Assembly: GCA_947499075.1 (NCBI GenBank)
Contig: CANMNA010000002.1
Span: 1,287 to 65,286, forward strand
Reading direction: 5' to 3'
DNA length: 64,000 nt
From: Myxococcales bacterium
GTDB taxonomy: Bacteria; Myxococcota_A; UBA9042
Under the pieces are notes generated by a model. The model did no database searches. It was not told the origin of the DNA and saw nothing but the letters and a program-made list of their open reading frames with translations. The position numbers were made by a program, and so were the translations under genes. Of this stretch, positions 18,539 to 28,112 are shown one piece after another (position 1 is the stretch's first letter; the number at the start of each line of letters is the position of its first letter).

Positions 18539-20644
18539 CTACGGTTTGGGTGTGGGCGCCGCGCCGTCCTTGGGCTGCGGTTCTTTGGCCTGCTTCTCCA
18601 ACGTCTTGGCCGCATCGATTTCTTGGATGCGCGACACAATCGCGACCAGGTTCTTCCACTTGACGTCGAGCTCCCGGGTCGCCTTGATCAACTCGGTCTT
18701 CTTCTGGACCCAGTCGGGGCCACCCTTCTTGGGCGCCGGTGTGGCCTGACAAATCGCCAGCACTTTGTCCCACTCCAGCGGCCCTTTCTTGGCGTCAACG
18801 GGCGGTTTCTTCATACCGACGTGGGCCTTGATCGCCTCGCGCGCCGCGTCACGGGCAACCTTGAGCTTGTCGGCCTCGGCCTGCGCGGTGTCCGGATCGG
18901 TGTTCAGCGCATCTTTGAGGTACTGCTTCCAGTACTTCGACGCCTTGTCCGAGTCGTTGAAGTGCTTGTAGTAAATGATCGCCAACCGCACCAAGATCGC
19001 GTAGCGCTTGGGATCTTTGATCAGCACCCGCTCGTAGATTTCAGCCGCCTTCTTGGGATCGCGCATGCCTTCCAGGGCCAGGGCATAGCCGGTCAGGCCT
19101 TCCAGATTCTCATTTTCTAGTTCGATGGCCTGCTTGTAGATGCGCACTGCGTCACGGTAATTCAAGTACTCCAAGTAGATAGCGCCCAAGTTCAGCCGCG
19201 CCGACACGCTGGACTTGTTCAGCTGTACGGCGTTCTTGAACGCCACGACTGCGCGCGGCAAGTCGTGCAGGTTGACGTAAACCATGCCCAAGTTGGCCCA
19301 CCCTTCAGCGTTGGCCGGGTCGATCGACAGCACCTTCTCTTCCAAAATCCAGCGCGCGATGTCGTACTTGCCCTGCTTGAGGTTGATGAGACCTCGGATA
19401 TTGAGCGCAATCGTGTCCTCTCGGTTGACGCGCAGCGCCTTGCGCAAGAACTCTTCGGCCAGCTTGAGGTCGTTTTGATGTAGCCAGTACAGCGACAACG
19501 CCACGTTGTTCATGGCGTTGTCTGGGTCTTGGCCCAGGATCGAGTCGCAGATGCCCTTGGCTTGCTCGGCCAGCGCATTGGCCTTGGCACTCTCGCCGGC
19601 TTCGACAAAGCGCTGCGCTTGGGCCAGCAGGGACCGGGCGATGTAGGCCTGAGCCGACAGCTGCAAGCCGCGCTCACGATCGTCTTTGGGCTCGATGGCT
19701 TTGGCCGTCTCGTAGGCCTTGCGGGCGTTGTCGTACTTGCCCAAGCGCTCGTAGGCCATGCCCAAGTTGAAGTAGGCCTCGTAGAAGCGCTTGTCCTGAT
19801 CGATGGCCTTTTGGAATTCTTGGGCGGCCGAAGTGTAGTCGGGCTCGCACTTGCTGCAGCGACCGTCGGCGGCCTTGCAGACTTGCGGGCACTCGTACTT
19901 GCTGCACTTGCCGCTGGACGTGTCGATGTATTCGCCGATTTTGCACGGGCCGGCGCCATCGGAGCTGCCCGACTCGAGCTCCTTTTCGCTGCACTCGCGG
20001 GCCACCAGATCGCACCCCTCGCTGCCGGCCTTACACCGGATGTAGCGGTCGTTGGGTGCGCCAGCTACGGGCTTGCTGGCTTCGTCAGCGGCGGGCGGGG
20101 CCTCGACCTTCTTGATCCAGTCGGCACACCAGCGCGATCCGCCGGCGATGAGCTTTTTGTCGCAGGCCTTGGTGTCTTGCTCACAGGCCAAATCGCGCAC
20201 GCCGCCCACCCACGGCTCGCACGGCACTTCAATGTCTTTCTCGACCTCTTCTTCTTTGCCGTCTTCGGTCTTGATCTTCTCTTTCTTTTTCTCGGTGCGG
20301 ACATAGGTGGCGCAACGATCGAGCACGCAGCCGTCGGGGTTGTCGATCGCCATTTCCGCGCATTGGTTGGGCGCGATCCGGGCACATGACCTACCCAGGC
20401 TGACAAAGCCGCCGGGGCAGCATTGGCCGTCTTCGAGCATCCGGTAGGGGCTGCACTTGGGCACAGAGCGCAGCGCTGAGGCGATGCCGGAGCGCATGGC
20501 GTCTTGGGCCTTGGTGTCGATGCCGGGCACGTATTCCTGGGCGAGGGCGGGGCTGGCCCACAGCAGGGCGATCACGCTGAGGCAGCCGACCGTGCGGGCG
20601 ACAAGGGCGGTTGGGTTCGATACGCTGGTGTTCGGGTGGCTCAC
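18539..20644 (-). CDS. Secreted TPR protein with an N-terminal Cys-rich domain (GltE/NfsE-position)
   Basis: A signal peptide is followed by ~17 Cys in the first 250 aa, then multiple TPRs (AYFNLGMAY..., GWANLGMVY...). The GTG start overlaps the stop of the upstream gene (GTGA). Confidence 0.6.
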   Translation of the reverse strand: MSHPNTSVSNPTALVARTVGCLSVIALLWASPALAQEYVPGIDTKAQDAMRSGIASALRSVPKCSPYRMLEDGQCCPGGFVSLGRSCARIAPNQCAEMAIDNPDGCVLDRCATYVRTEKKKEKIKTEDGKEEEVEKDIEVPCEPWVGGVRDLACEQDTKACDKKLIAGGSRWCADWIKKVEAPPAADEASKPVAGAPNDRYIRCKAGSEGCDLVARECSEKELESGSSDGAGPCKIGEYIDTSSGKCSKYECPQVCKAADGRCSKCEPDYTSAAQEFQKAIDQDKRFYEAYFNLGMAYERLGKYDNARKAYETAKAIEPKDDRERGLQLSAQAYIARSLLAQAQRFVEAGESAKANALAEQAKGICDSILGQDPDNAMNNVALSLYWLHQNDLKLAEEFLRKALRVNREDTIALNIRGLINLKQGKYDIARWILEEKVLSIDPANAEGWANLGMVYVNLHDLPRAVVAFKNAVQLNKSSVSARLNLGAIYLEYLNYRDAVRIYKQAIELENENLEGLTGYALALEGMRDPKKAAEIYERVLIKDPKRYAILVRLAIIYYKHFNDSDKASKYWKQYLKDALNTDPDTAQAEADKLKVARDAAREAIKAHVGMKKPPVDAKKGPLEWDKVLAICQATPAPKKGGPDWVQKKTELIKATRELDVKWKNLVAIVSRIQEIDAAKTLEKQAKEPQPKDGAAPTPKP

Positions 20645-23600
20645 TTGGCACCTGCCTTCTTGGCGTCGCTAACAGTCTTGGGCTTGTAAGAAACGGTGAA
20701 CTTGCCGCGGCGCACGCTGGTCACAAACGCCGCCGACGTCGCAGGGTCGGTCGACTCATTGGCCGACACGGTGGCCGCCGCTTTGGGCAAGTTGGGGTCC
20801 TTTTCGACAGTTGGGTACGCGTCCGGGCTGACCTTGGCCGCGTAGTCGCCGGCTTCTTTGGACCACTTGTTGTACACGCCCAGATTGTGCGCAATCTTGA
20901 TGGCGCTGCCCAACGCGGCCAGCGACTGCTCTTCAATCGGCACTGCTTTCTGCTCGATCGCCAGCTTGTACTGGTCGGCCAGCTCGGGGAAGCGCTCGAC
21001 CTCTGGCGGCACCGGGGCCTTGAACAGGTCTTCCTTGAAGTTGAAGTACAACAAGCCGATCTTGAACATGGCCGCCGCAGCCCAGCCACGGCCACCGCCG
21101 GCCGCCGCTTGGTCAAATACTTTGAAATACTCGGCCTCTGCCCGCTTGAGTGCTTCGGCTTTCTTTTGCAGCGTCGGCAGCAGCATCTTCATGTTCTTGA
21201 CGGTCTTGAGCGTGAGCACGTCAAAGTCATCGAACAGGTACTCGGTCTTGTAAAACATCGCCTGAGCCGCAAACACCGAAGCGCGGCCGGCCTTGCCCTT
21301 GCCATCGGGCCGATCAAAGGCCTTTTGGGCATCATCGGCGGCGCGCACCGCGTCTTTGCGGTTCTTGCCGGCATCAGACAGGCGCAGGTTTTCGACCTTG
21401 CGGCCCAACGCTTCGACGTGCAAATCCGGGCGATCTGGGTACTTGCCGACCACTGCGGCATAGGCACCGGCGGCGAGCTTGGCGCCTTCGCTGCCCATTT
21501 TTTCGTAGACGTGGCCTTTCTCCATCTCAGCGTCGGCGACCAAGCCCTTCAAGCGCTTGGTCTTGTCGTCATCGCCCTTCAGGTTGTTGGCCACGGTGAT
21601 GAACTTGTCGTAAGCAGCGGTGGCATCTTTGTACTGCTGCAGCGCGACCAGGATGGTGCCGGCGTTGATAAGGGCTTGAGCCGCATCGGCATTGTCGCGG
21701 AACTTGGCCATGTCCAGGAACGCATCGGCGGCTTCACGGAAGCTCGTCATCGCCTCATAGAGCATACCGACGTTGAACTTGGCTTCCGGCGCCACTTTGG
21801 CCTTGGGGAATTCTTTGACGACGCGCTCATAGGTGTCGATCGCGGTCTTGTCCTGCTGCTGCAGCTCGTACAGCGTGGCCTTGTTGTACAGCGCCGTCGC
21901 CGCCAGCTCAGGCTCGTCGGACTTGAAGCGCGCCAGGATCTTGTCGTACTTGGCGTGCGCACCGTCGTAATCTTTCTTTTCAGCCAGTTCGCTCGCCTGC
22001 TCGGCGACGGCCACCGCCACATACTTCTTGAGGTCTTTGACCTCGAGCACGATGTGAACCTTGCGCTTGATCATCAGCTCCGCCCACTCCTCGATCTTGG
22101 GCCACTCTTTGAGCCGGGCGTAGATGTCGATGAGAGTCTTGGCGGCGATTTCAGCAACCTTGTGATCTTCTTGGTACTTGTGCACCCGCTCGAAGCCACT
22201 GATGGCCTCTTTGTACTGACCGCGGTCGTAAAATGATGCTGCCGCCAAATACATGATTTCAGGTACTTTTTTGCCTTTGTTGCACTGCTTCTTCTTGCCC
22301 GCTGCGCAGTCTGTCTTGGCTTTCTCCATGAGCTCGACGTACTTGTCGGCGGCCTGCACGTAGCTCTTTTCGAGCACGTGCAACTCTTGGCGCGGCTTGG
22401 GCAGGTTGGCGTTCTTGATCTGCTCGTCGGTGAGCTCGGCTTTTTTGTCCTTCTTGAACGTGTGGGTCTTGACGCCGTCGCCTTCGACCGACGCCACCAG
22501 CGGCGCACAGTCGGCACGCTCGACCCACTTCTGATCTTTGTCGATCCAGCAGGCCTTGGTGTGGCGCATCAGCTCTTCGGTGGCGTAAATCACGCCGAGC
22601 GCCGAGTCTTCGACAAACTCGCCTTCTGGATCGCGGCGAATGGTCTCTTCGTAGCAAATCCGGGCCTTGTCGAACTCTTTGAGCTGGTCGTAGTAGATTT
22701 CAGCCAAGTAGAAGTTGACCAGGTACGCCTTCTTGGCGGTCGGCCAGCGGCGCAGGAACTCTTTGTAGTCTTCAGCAGCGCGGGCGTAGAACTGGCGCGC
22801 CTTGGCCTGATCCTTGGTCTCTTCTTCGGTCTTTTGAGCCAACTGGTGATAGTAGTTGGAGACGAACAGCAGGTAGTTCTCGCCCATCCGGTCGGCCTTC
22901 TCCAGCGCTTCTTTGGCCTTGGCATCGCCTTTGCTCTTCAGGGCCTGAATCCACGGCGAGGTGCGGTTGTCCGAAAACGCCAAGAACTTGCGCATCGCCG
23001 CTTCGATGTCGGGGAAGGCACCGAGCTTCTTGTAGATGTCGGTGATCGACTCATGCCAGTCGACGCAGCGCGGATCGGTCGGGCGCTTGTCGATGAAGTG
23101 CTGGTGCAGGTCGACCGCGTCTTTGTCCTTGTCGATCGAGATGTAGATCTCGGCCAGCTTGAACAGGCGGTCCCACATCTTGGCCTCGCCTTCGACGCTG
23201 GTGAAGTACTCCTCGGCTTTGGGCCACGCACCGTCGAGTTCGGCGTAGGCTTGGACCAAGTCCTTGAGCGCCTGATCGCGGAACTCGATCTTGCCGCGCT
23301 CTTTGCCGACGCCGATTTCCTTGACCACCATCTGGAAGGTATCGATCGTACGCTGGAATTCGCGCAAGTTGTAGTAGACCCATCCCAGCTTGTACAGCGC
23401 GTAGTTGAACAGTTCGCTGGTCTTGTAATTCTGGGTGATCTTTTCGTAGTTCATCTTGGCCAGCGTCAAGTTGTTGGCTTCGAAGAAGTATTCGGCCAAC
23501 GCCAAGTGCGCCTTGGGGATCAGCGGGCTGGTCTGGTGGTTCTGGATCAGGCGGTTGAGGTACTGCACGCCTTTTTGCGACAGCACTTTGTCGCCCAGCG

Positions 23601-24207
23601 CCTTGCCCTGCATCATGGCGGCTTTGCCCAAGCGGTACAGCACTTCAGCCATGCGGCCGTAGTTGGGGTGCTGCTGCAGGATTTTTTCGTAAAACGTAAT
23701 CGATTTCTGGTAGTTCTCGACCGGCTGCACCGGCTTCTCTTTGAGCAAGCCCTTTTCGAACTGCTCCACCTTGCGATCGTAGTCGCTGCGCTCCATCAGG
23801 TAGGCGAACTTGGTCGACTCCCACCACGCTTCGGCCAGCCGAAAGTAGTACTCCGGCCGATTCGGATCTTGGGGCACGGCCCGCTCCAGCAGGTCTTCCA
23901 GCGTCTTGATTGTGCGATCGCGGATCTTTTGCTTCTCGATCTGCAGCTTGCGCTCAGCCTCGGTAAAGCCCATCTGTTCCAGCTTGTCGACCTGAAATTG
24001 CCCCGTCGCCAGCTTGTCTTCGTCACGCTTGGGCTTGACCGGGCCCACCGGCTTCTTGTCGTCCTCGACCAGCGTGCCCTTCTTGTCGACCTTCTTGGTC
24101 GCCGCACCGGCCTCAATGTCCTCTTCTTGGGCGTGGACGGTCGGCGCCAGCAGCGTGACGATCAGCGCAAAGGCCTGCAAACCTTGGAGACGGGCAAATT
24201 TTCGCAT
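20641..24207 (-). CDS. Large secreted TPR protein (~1189 aa; GltD/AgmU/NfsD-like)
   Basis: The ATG at 24207 is followed by the signal peptide MRKFARLQGLQAFALIVTLLAPTVHA. There are more than 15 TPR-like repeats. Size and position match GltD-type proteins. Confidence 0.6.
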   Translation of the reverse strand: MRKFARLQGLQAFALIVTLLAPTVHAQEEDIEAGAATKKVDKKGTLVEDDKKPVGPVKPKRDEDKLATGQFQVDKLEQMGFTEAERKLQIEKQKIRDRTIKTLEDLLERAVPQDPNRPEYYFRLAEAWWESTKFAYLMERSDYDRKVEQFEKGLLKEKPVQPVENYQKSITFYEKILQQHPNYGRMAEVLYRLGKAAMMQGKALGDKVLSQKGVQYLNRLIQNHQTSPLIPKAHLALAEYFFEANNLTLAKMNYEKITQNYKTSELFNYALYKLGWVYYNLREFQRTIDTFQMVVKEIGVGKERGKIEFRDQALKDLVQAYAELDGAWPKAEEYFTSVEGEAKMWDRLFKLAEIYISIDKDKDAVDLHQHFIDKRPTDPRCVDWHESITDIYKKLGAFPDIEAAMRKFLAFSDNRTSPWIQALKSKGDAKAKEALEKADRMGENYLLFVSNYYHQLAQKTEEETKDQAKARQFYARAAEDYKEFLRRWPTAKKAYLVNFYLAEIYYDQLKEFDKARICYEETIRRDPEGEFVEDSALGVIYATEELMRHTKACWIDKDQKWVERADCAPLVASVEGDGVKTHTFKKDKKAELTDEQIKNANLPKPRQELHVLEKSYVQAADKYVELMEKAKTDCAAGKKKQCNKGKKVPEIMYLAAASFYDRGQYKEAISGFERVHKYQEDHKVAEIAAKTLIDIYARLKEWPKIEEWAELMIKRKVHIVLEVKDLKKYVAVAVAEQASELAEKKDYDGAHAKYDKILARFKSDEPELAATALYNKATLYELQQQDKTAIDTYERVVKEFPKAKVAPEAKFNVGMLYEAMTSFREAADAFLDMAKFRDNADAAQALINAGTILVALQQYKDATAAYDKFITVANNLKGDDDKTKRLKGLVADAEMEKGHVYEKMGSEGAKLAAGAYAAVVGKYPDRPDLHVEALGRKVENLRLSDAGKNRKDAVRAADDAQKAFDRPDGKGKAGRASVFAAQAMFYKTEYLFDDFDVLTLKTVKNMKMLLPTLQKKAEALKRAEAEYFKVFDQAAAGGGRGWAAAAMFKIGLLYFNFKEDLFKAPVPPEVERFPELADQYKLAIEQKAVPIEEQSLAALGSAIKIAHNLGVYNKWSKEAGDYAAKVSPDAYPTVEKDPNLPKAAATVSANESTDPATSAAFVTSVRRGKFTVSYKPKTVSDAKKAGAK

Positions 24208-24297
24208 GGGACTTCCTGCTAGCAAATCAAGGCGGTGGTCGACCACCCGAACAAACGAAACCTGAGCCGGCGCACGCGGGGCGTGGCGGACGACCGA

Positions 24298-26271
24298 CTA
24301 CGGCCCAGCGGGCTTTTCGCCACCCAGACCATGGTCTTCGCCGGTTTTGCACTTCGACTTGAGGTACGAGCGGTAGGCGCCAATTTCGTCCTTCCAGAAC
24401 TCGCCTTCAAACGGCCACGACATCGAATCCGATCCGGCGATCGCCACCGCGCCTTCTTTGGCGACCGCGTCGCCCAACTCCTTGGCGCGACCTGCCTGCT
24501 CCTCTTCGATCTCCTGGGTGCGAATTTCGTCGAGATCCAGCCGCAGCTGCGCCAGCTTGTCGAAGTACAGGTCGAGCTCCTTTTGGGCCTGACGCAGCGT
24601 TTGCTGAATCACTACGCCCGCTTCGGACACGCGCTCGGTGCGACGCTGGCCGAGTTTTTGCAGCAATTCCTGACCAGTCGGACCCAGCGCAGCCAAGTTG
24701 GCGCGGATGATCTTGTCCTCCTTGTCGATTTGCTTGACGGTCTGGTGCAGGTTGTAGAATTCGACGTTGCTCAGCACCGGGGCTTGCAGCTGCTTGGGCA
24801 GACCCGCGCCGGCCTTGGGGCTGTTCACCGTGGCCAAAAAGTTGTTGTAAAACTCTTCGGGGCGCTTGCTGCGCTTGAGGAAGTCACGCAGCGGCGGTCC
24901 GAGCACAAAGATCTTCTCTTCGAACATCTTCATGGCCAATTCGGCCTTGTCGGCGTGGCATAGGTTGACGTAGGCCGTGGCTTCGAGCACCCACAGCTCC
25001 GGATAAAACTGGTGCGAGAAGTACGGGCTGTGCAGGGCGTGGAAGGTGCCAAGCGCGCGCGAGGTGTCGCCTTTCAAGAAGTAGGTCCATCCGGACTCGT
25101 AAAATGCAGTTGCGAGCTTGGGCGAGTTCTTGCTGATCTTCTTGTAGTAGTAGATCGCCGCATCGAACTGCTGGATGTCATAGGCCAAGCGCGCCAGAGC
25201 CAGGTAGGCCAGATCGACCACAGGCCTGCCGTCGAGTTGCTGTTCGGCGGCGAGTACGGCCTTTTGAAACGCTTCGGAGGCATCTTTGACCTGGCCGCCC
25301 ACCAGCTTCTCTTCGGGGTTCTCCGGAATCGACATCAGGCCGATGAGGTACTGGGCACGCGCGTAGTCCGACGCTTTGGCTGAGACTTTCTCCAGGTAGG
25401 GTCGCGCCGCGTCCTTGACGCCAAAGTCGTTGAGCGCTTCACCCACGAAGTAGAAGTAGCCGTCTTGAAACGGTTGCTCAAACGACGACACCGCGATCTT
25501 GGTCAGCTCTTCGAGCTCAGGCGGACGGTAGATGATCTGCTTGCGCAGCTCGCGCAGTTGGTCAAAGGCTTGGACAAAGAACAGCTTGTCAGAGCCCGCG
25601 CGCACCACGTCGAGCAGCGTGTCCGCAGCCGATTGGACCAGGCCGGCCCGAGCCAGCGCGTTGGCGATGCCATACTTGGCGCTGTAGGCCTCAGCCGAGT
25701 CGGGGGCAAAGGCCACGCCATCGACACCCTCTTCGACAAACTCGGTAAACGTCTGAACCGCTTTGACGAATTCGCCATTGTTGGCATAGGCTTGTCCAGC
25801 AGCCAACACTTTGCCGGCGAACATGCGGCGACCCGCTTCTTCGCGCTTCTTCTGCTCTTCCAAAATCCGCAGCGACTCTTCTTTGAGCCGGGCCTCTTCG
25901 GCGGCTTTTTCGGCCTCAGACAGCTCGCGCTCCGGCCTTTTGACTTCCTTGGGCTTGTCCGCTTCGCCACCGCCCGCTGGCGCCTTGGCCCCAGAAGCCG
26001 TTCCGATCAAGAACTGGATGAGCTTTTGCGACGCCCCCCGCCGCTTGAGCTCCATGATCTCCTTGGGCCCCAGCGTGAATTTGCTGGCGTCTTTTTGGAC
26101 CTTTTTGATGATCGTCTCGTCGGGCACTTCGGACTCGAGCAGGACGAACACTTGGTCTAGCGTGATCGCCAGCACAGGTGTGGCGTAGCCCAAGGCCAGC
26201 GCCAGCACTGACGCAAAGGCCCCGGTGGTCAGGCGCCGCGCCAAGGGCGTGTGCGGTGTGTAGGTATCCAT
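24298..26271 (-). CDS. Secreted TPR-like protein (~657 aa; GltC/NfsC-like)
   Basis: The ATG at 26271 is preceded by GGAGG. A signal peptide is followed by a coiled Lys/Glu region and TPR-like helices (YYYKKISKNSPKLATAFYESGWTYF). Confidence 0.55.
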   Translation of the reverse strand: MDTYTPHTPLARRLTTGAFASVLALALGYATPVLAITLDQVFVLLESEVPDETIIKKVQKDASKFTLGPKEIMELKRRGASQKLIQFLIGTASGAKAPAGGGEADKPKEVKRPERELSEAEKAAEEARLKEESLRILEEQKKREEAGRRMFAGKVLAAGQAYANNGEFVKAVQTFTEFVEEGVDGVAFAPDSAEAYSAKYGIANALARAGLVQSAADTLLDVVRAGSDKLFFVQAFDQLRELRKQIIYRPPELEELTKIAVSSFEQPFQDGYFYFVGEALNDFGVKDAARPYLEKVSAKASDYARAQYLIGLMSIPENPEEKLVGGQVKDASEAFQKAVLAAEQQLDGRPVVDLAYLALARLAYDIQQFDAAIYYYKKISKNSPKLATAFYESGWTYFLKGDTSRALGTFHALHSPYFSHQFYPELWVLEATAYVNLCHADKAELAMKMFEEKIFVLGPPLRDFLKRSKRPEEFYNNFLATVNSPKAGAGLPKQLQAPVLSNVEFYNLHQTVKQIDKEDKIIRANLAALGPTGQELLQKLGQRRTERVSEAGVVIQQTLRQAQKELDLYFDKLAQLRLDLDEIRTQEIEEEQAGRAKELGDAVAKEGAVAIAGSDSMSWPFEGEFWKDEIGAYRSYLKSKCKTGEDHGLGGEKPAGP

Positions 26272-26364
26272 CAATCCTCCATTCGGGGGCTGCGCGGTCC
26301 GGGCCAAAACCCCGGGCGCCATCAGCCCAAGACGCGTTGGCAGCGCCAACGGTCTACGTTGCGG

Positions 26365-27294
26365 CTATTGTGGGGGCGCGGTGAACCATGTCAGCGCGGC
26401 GGTCACGGCCAGCGGCCGCGCCAGACCACCACTGCTGTCGTTCTTGGCGTCGTCAAAGGCCGGGTAAAACAGGTGGTGGTAATCCAGGCGCAGGGCGAAG
26501 CGCTCCGACAGGTAAAACTGCAGGTAGCCGCCGACGTTACCGGCAGCGTCGATCCGCATGATGCCGGCCGGAAACTGCTGCGTGGTGACCTTGGTCGAGA
26601 CCGCGCCCACGCCAAAGCACAGCGCCATGTCGAACTCACCCAGCTTGGTGCCGAAAAAGCCAATCTTGCCGTGCAGCAAGTTCCAGTCGATGCCTGCCGA
26701 GGTGTAACCGACCAAAGTTTGCGGCAAGCGCACTTGCAGCTCATAGCCCTCTGGCCGATTGCTCTCCAGCTTGGTGCGCAGCGAGGTCGCCTTGTCGTAG
26801 GTGTAGACGGCGTGGACGTTTAAGGCCAAGTCCTCTGAAAAGTAGTAGTTGTAGCCCAAGCCGCCGGAGATGTAGGTCCAGAAGTCGTCGTTGGGGACCA
26901 CGCCGGCGAGCACCGACAGGCCGTGGCGACCTTCCTTGACCACCTCGCGCTTCTGCACGACCCGAATGTCGCGGCGCTTGGCCCAATCCATCCGCGAGCC
27001 CGGCGGGACCAAGTCGTCGCCAATGCCGTACACGTCGACCTCGCCACCGCTGGCGCCGCCCAAATCCGGCATCGCTTCCTTGGTCTTTTTGGCCTTGGGC
27101 TCCGGTTTCGGCTGGGGCTTGGGCTCTGGCTTGGGTTCTTCGGCGGGTGGCGCCTCTGCCGGCACATCTGCCTGGGGCTCGGCTGGCTTGGCATCGCCGC
27201 CAGCTTCCTGGGCCAGCACAGGCAGGGCCAATCCCAGAGCGCCCGCCACCAGCGATAGCGCCATCGTAGTCCAAATCTTCGTACTATTTCGCAT
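26365..27294 (-). CDS. Outer-membrane beta-barrel protein (GltB/NfsB-like), paralogue of 27331..28065
   Basis: A signal peptide is followed by a Pro/Glu/Lys-rich linker and a beta-barrel region. The LHGKIGFFGTKLGEFDMALCFGVGA block is shared with the neighbouring gene. Confidence 0.55.
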   Translation of the reverse strand: MRNSTKIWTTMALSLVAGALGLALPVLAQEAGGDAKPAEPQADVPAEAPPAEEPKPEPKPQPKPEPKAKKTKEAMPDLGGASGGEVDVYGIGDDLVPPGSRMDWAKRRDIRVVQKREVVKEGRHGLSVLAGVVPNDDFWTYISGGLGYNYYFSEDLALNVHAVYTYDKATSLRTKLESNRPEGYELQVRLPQTLVGYTSAGIDWNLLHGKIGFFGTKLGEFDMALCFGVGAVSTKVTTQQFPAGIMRIDAAGNVGGYLQFYLSERFALRLDYHHLFYPAFDDAKNDSSGGLARPLAVTAALTWFTAPPQ

Positions 27295-27330
27295 ATCTAC
27301 CTCGCACGGCAGCCTGGGCCGCGGCGCGCG

Positions 27331-28065
27331 TTATTTGCTCAGGAAGGCCAAGCCGGCGGTGAACTGGACGGGCGCCAAGAACGTGATGCTCTCTTGGGGC
27401 TTGTAGATGTACTGCTTGTAGTCGATGCGGATGTTGAGAAACCGCGTCAAGTAGAAGCGAAAGCCGAGGCCCCAGCTGCCGCCGGCTTTGAGTCCGTTGA
27501 CCGGCGTCTTGTTGCCCAGCGACTCATCGATGTCGGCATTGATAAACGCCGCGCCGACCGAGCAATTCATGTCAAACGAACTGATTTTTTTGTCGAAAAT
27601 GCCGATTTTGCCGTGCAGCGGGCTGTAGGCGACGCCCAGCGTGCTGACCCAATGCAGCTTGGGGGCGTGCTGGGCGCCAATCGTCAGCGAGGCCGGCTCT
27701 TTGCCGGGACCGGCTGGCACGTGGCCCAAGAAGTTCAAGATCTTGGATTCTGACGACAACAGGTACGAGAAGTCGCCTTCCAGGGCCACCGTGTCGGTCA
27801 AGAAGAACCCGACCCGGCCGCCGATCGACTTGAACAGGTAGAAATTGTCGTTGGGAATGGCGCCACCGTGGATGGTGCCCTCGACGCCGTGCTTGCGCTC
27901 AAACAGCGGGTTGGTCAGCGACGGCACCGCCAATTCGGTGTTCCAGTACTTCTGCAGCTCGCGGTCGATCGGCTCATTGTCGGCGGCTGTGGCCGACAAT
28001 GGCACGGCCAACGTGGCAACAGTTGCCAGCGCGGACCACCAAGCGGCGATTGTCTTGAGTTGCAT
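27331..28065 (-). CDS. Outer-membrane beta-barrel protein (GltA/NfsA-like)
   Basis: The ATG at 28065 is preceded by GGAGAA. The signal peptide is MQLKTIAAWWSALATVATLAVPLSATA. The LHGKIGIFDKKISSFDMNCSVGAA block is paralogous to the adjacent gene. The C-terminus is AFLSK. Confidence 0.55.
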   Translation of the reverse strand: MQLKTIAAWWSALATVATLAVPLSATAADNEPIDRELQKYWNTELAVPSLTNPLFERKHGVEGTIHGGAIPNDNFYLFKSIGGRVGFFLTDTVALEGDFSYLLSSESKILNFLGHVPAGPGKEPASLTIGAQHAPKLHWVSTLGVAYSPLHGKIGIFDKKISSFDMNCSVGAAFINADIDESLGNKTPVNGLKAGGSWGLGFRFYLTRFLNIRIDYKQYIYKPQESITFLAPVQFTAGLAFLSK

Positions 28066-28112
28066 GATCTTCTCCAAACGGGTCGCTGCGTTGTCGCAGG
28101 AGGATGCCGGCA

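Noticed and set aside
20611-24222. Large plus-strand ORFs (541 and 614 aa) opposite the 1189-aa TPR gene
   Set aside because: Low-complexity antisense frames. The minus-strand product has a signal peptide, TPR periodicity and operon coupling. The plus-strand ORFs have none.
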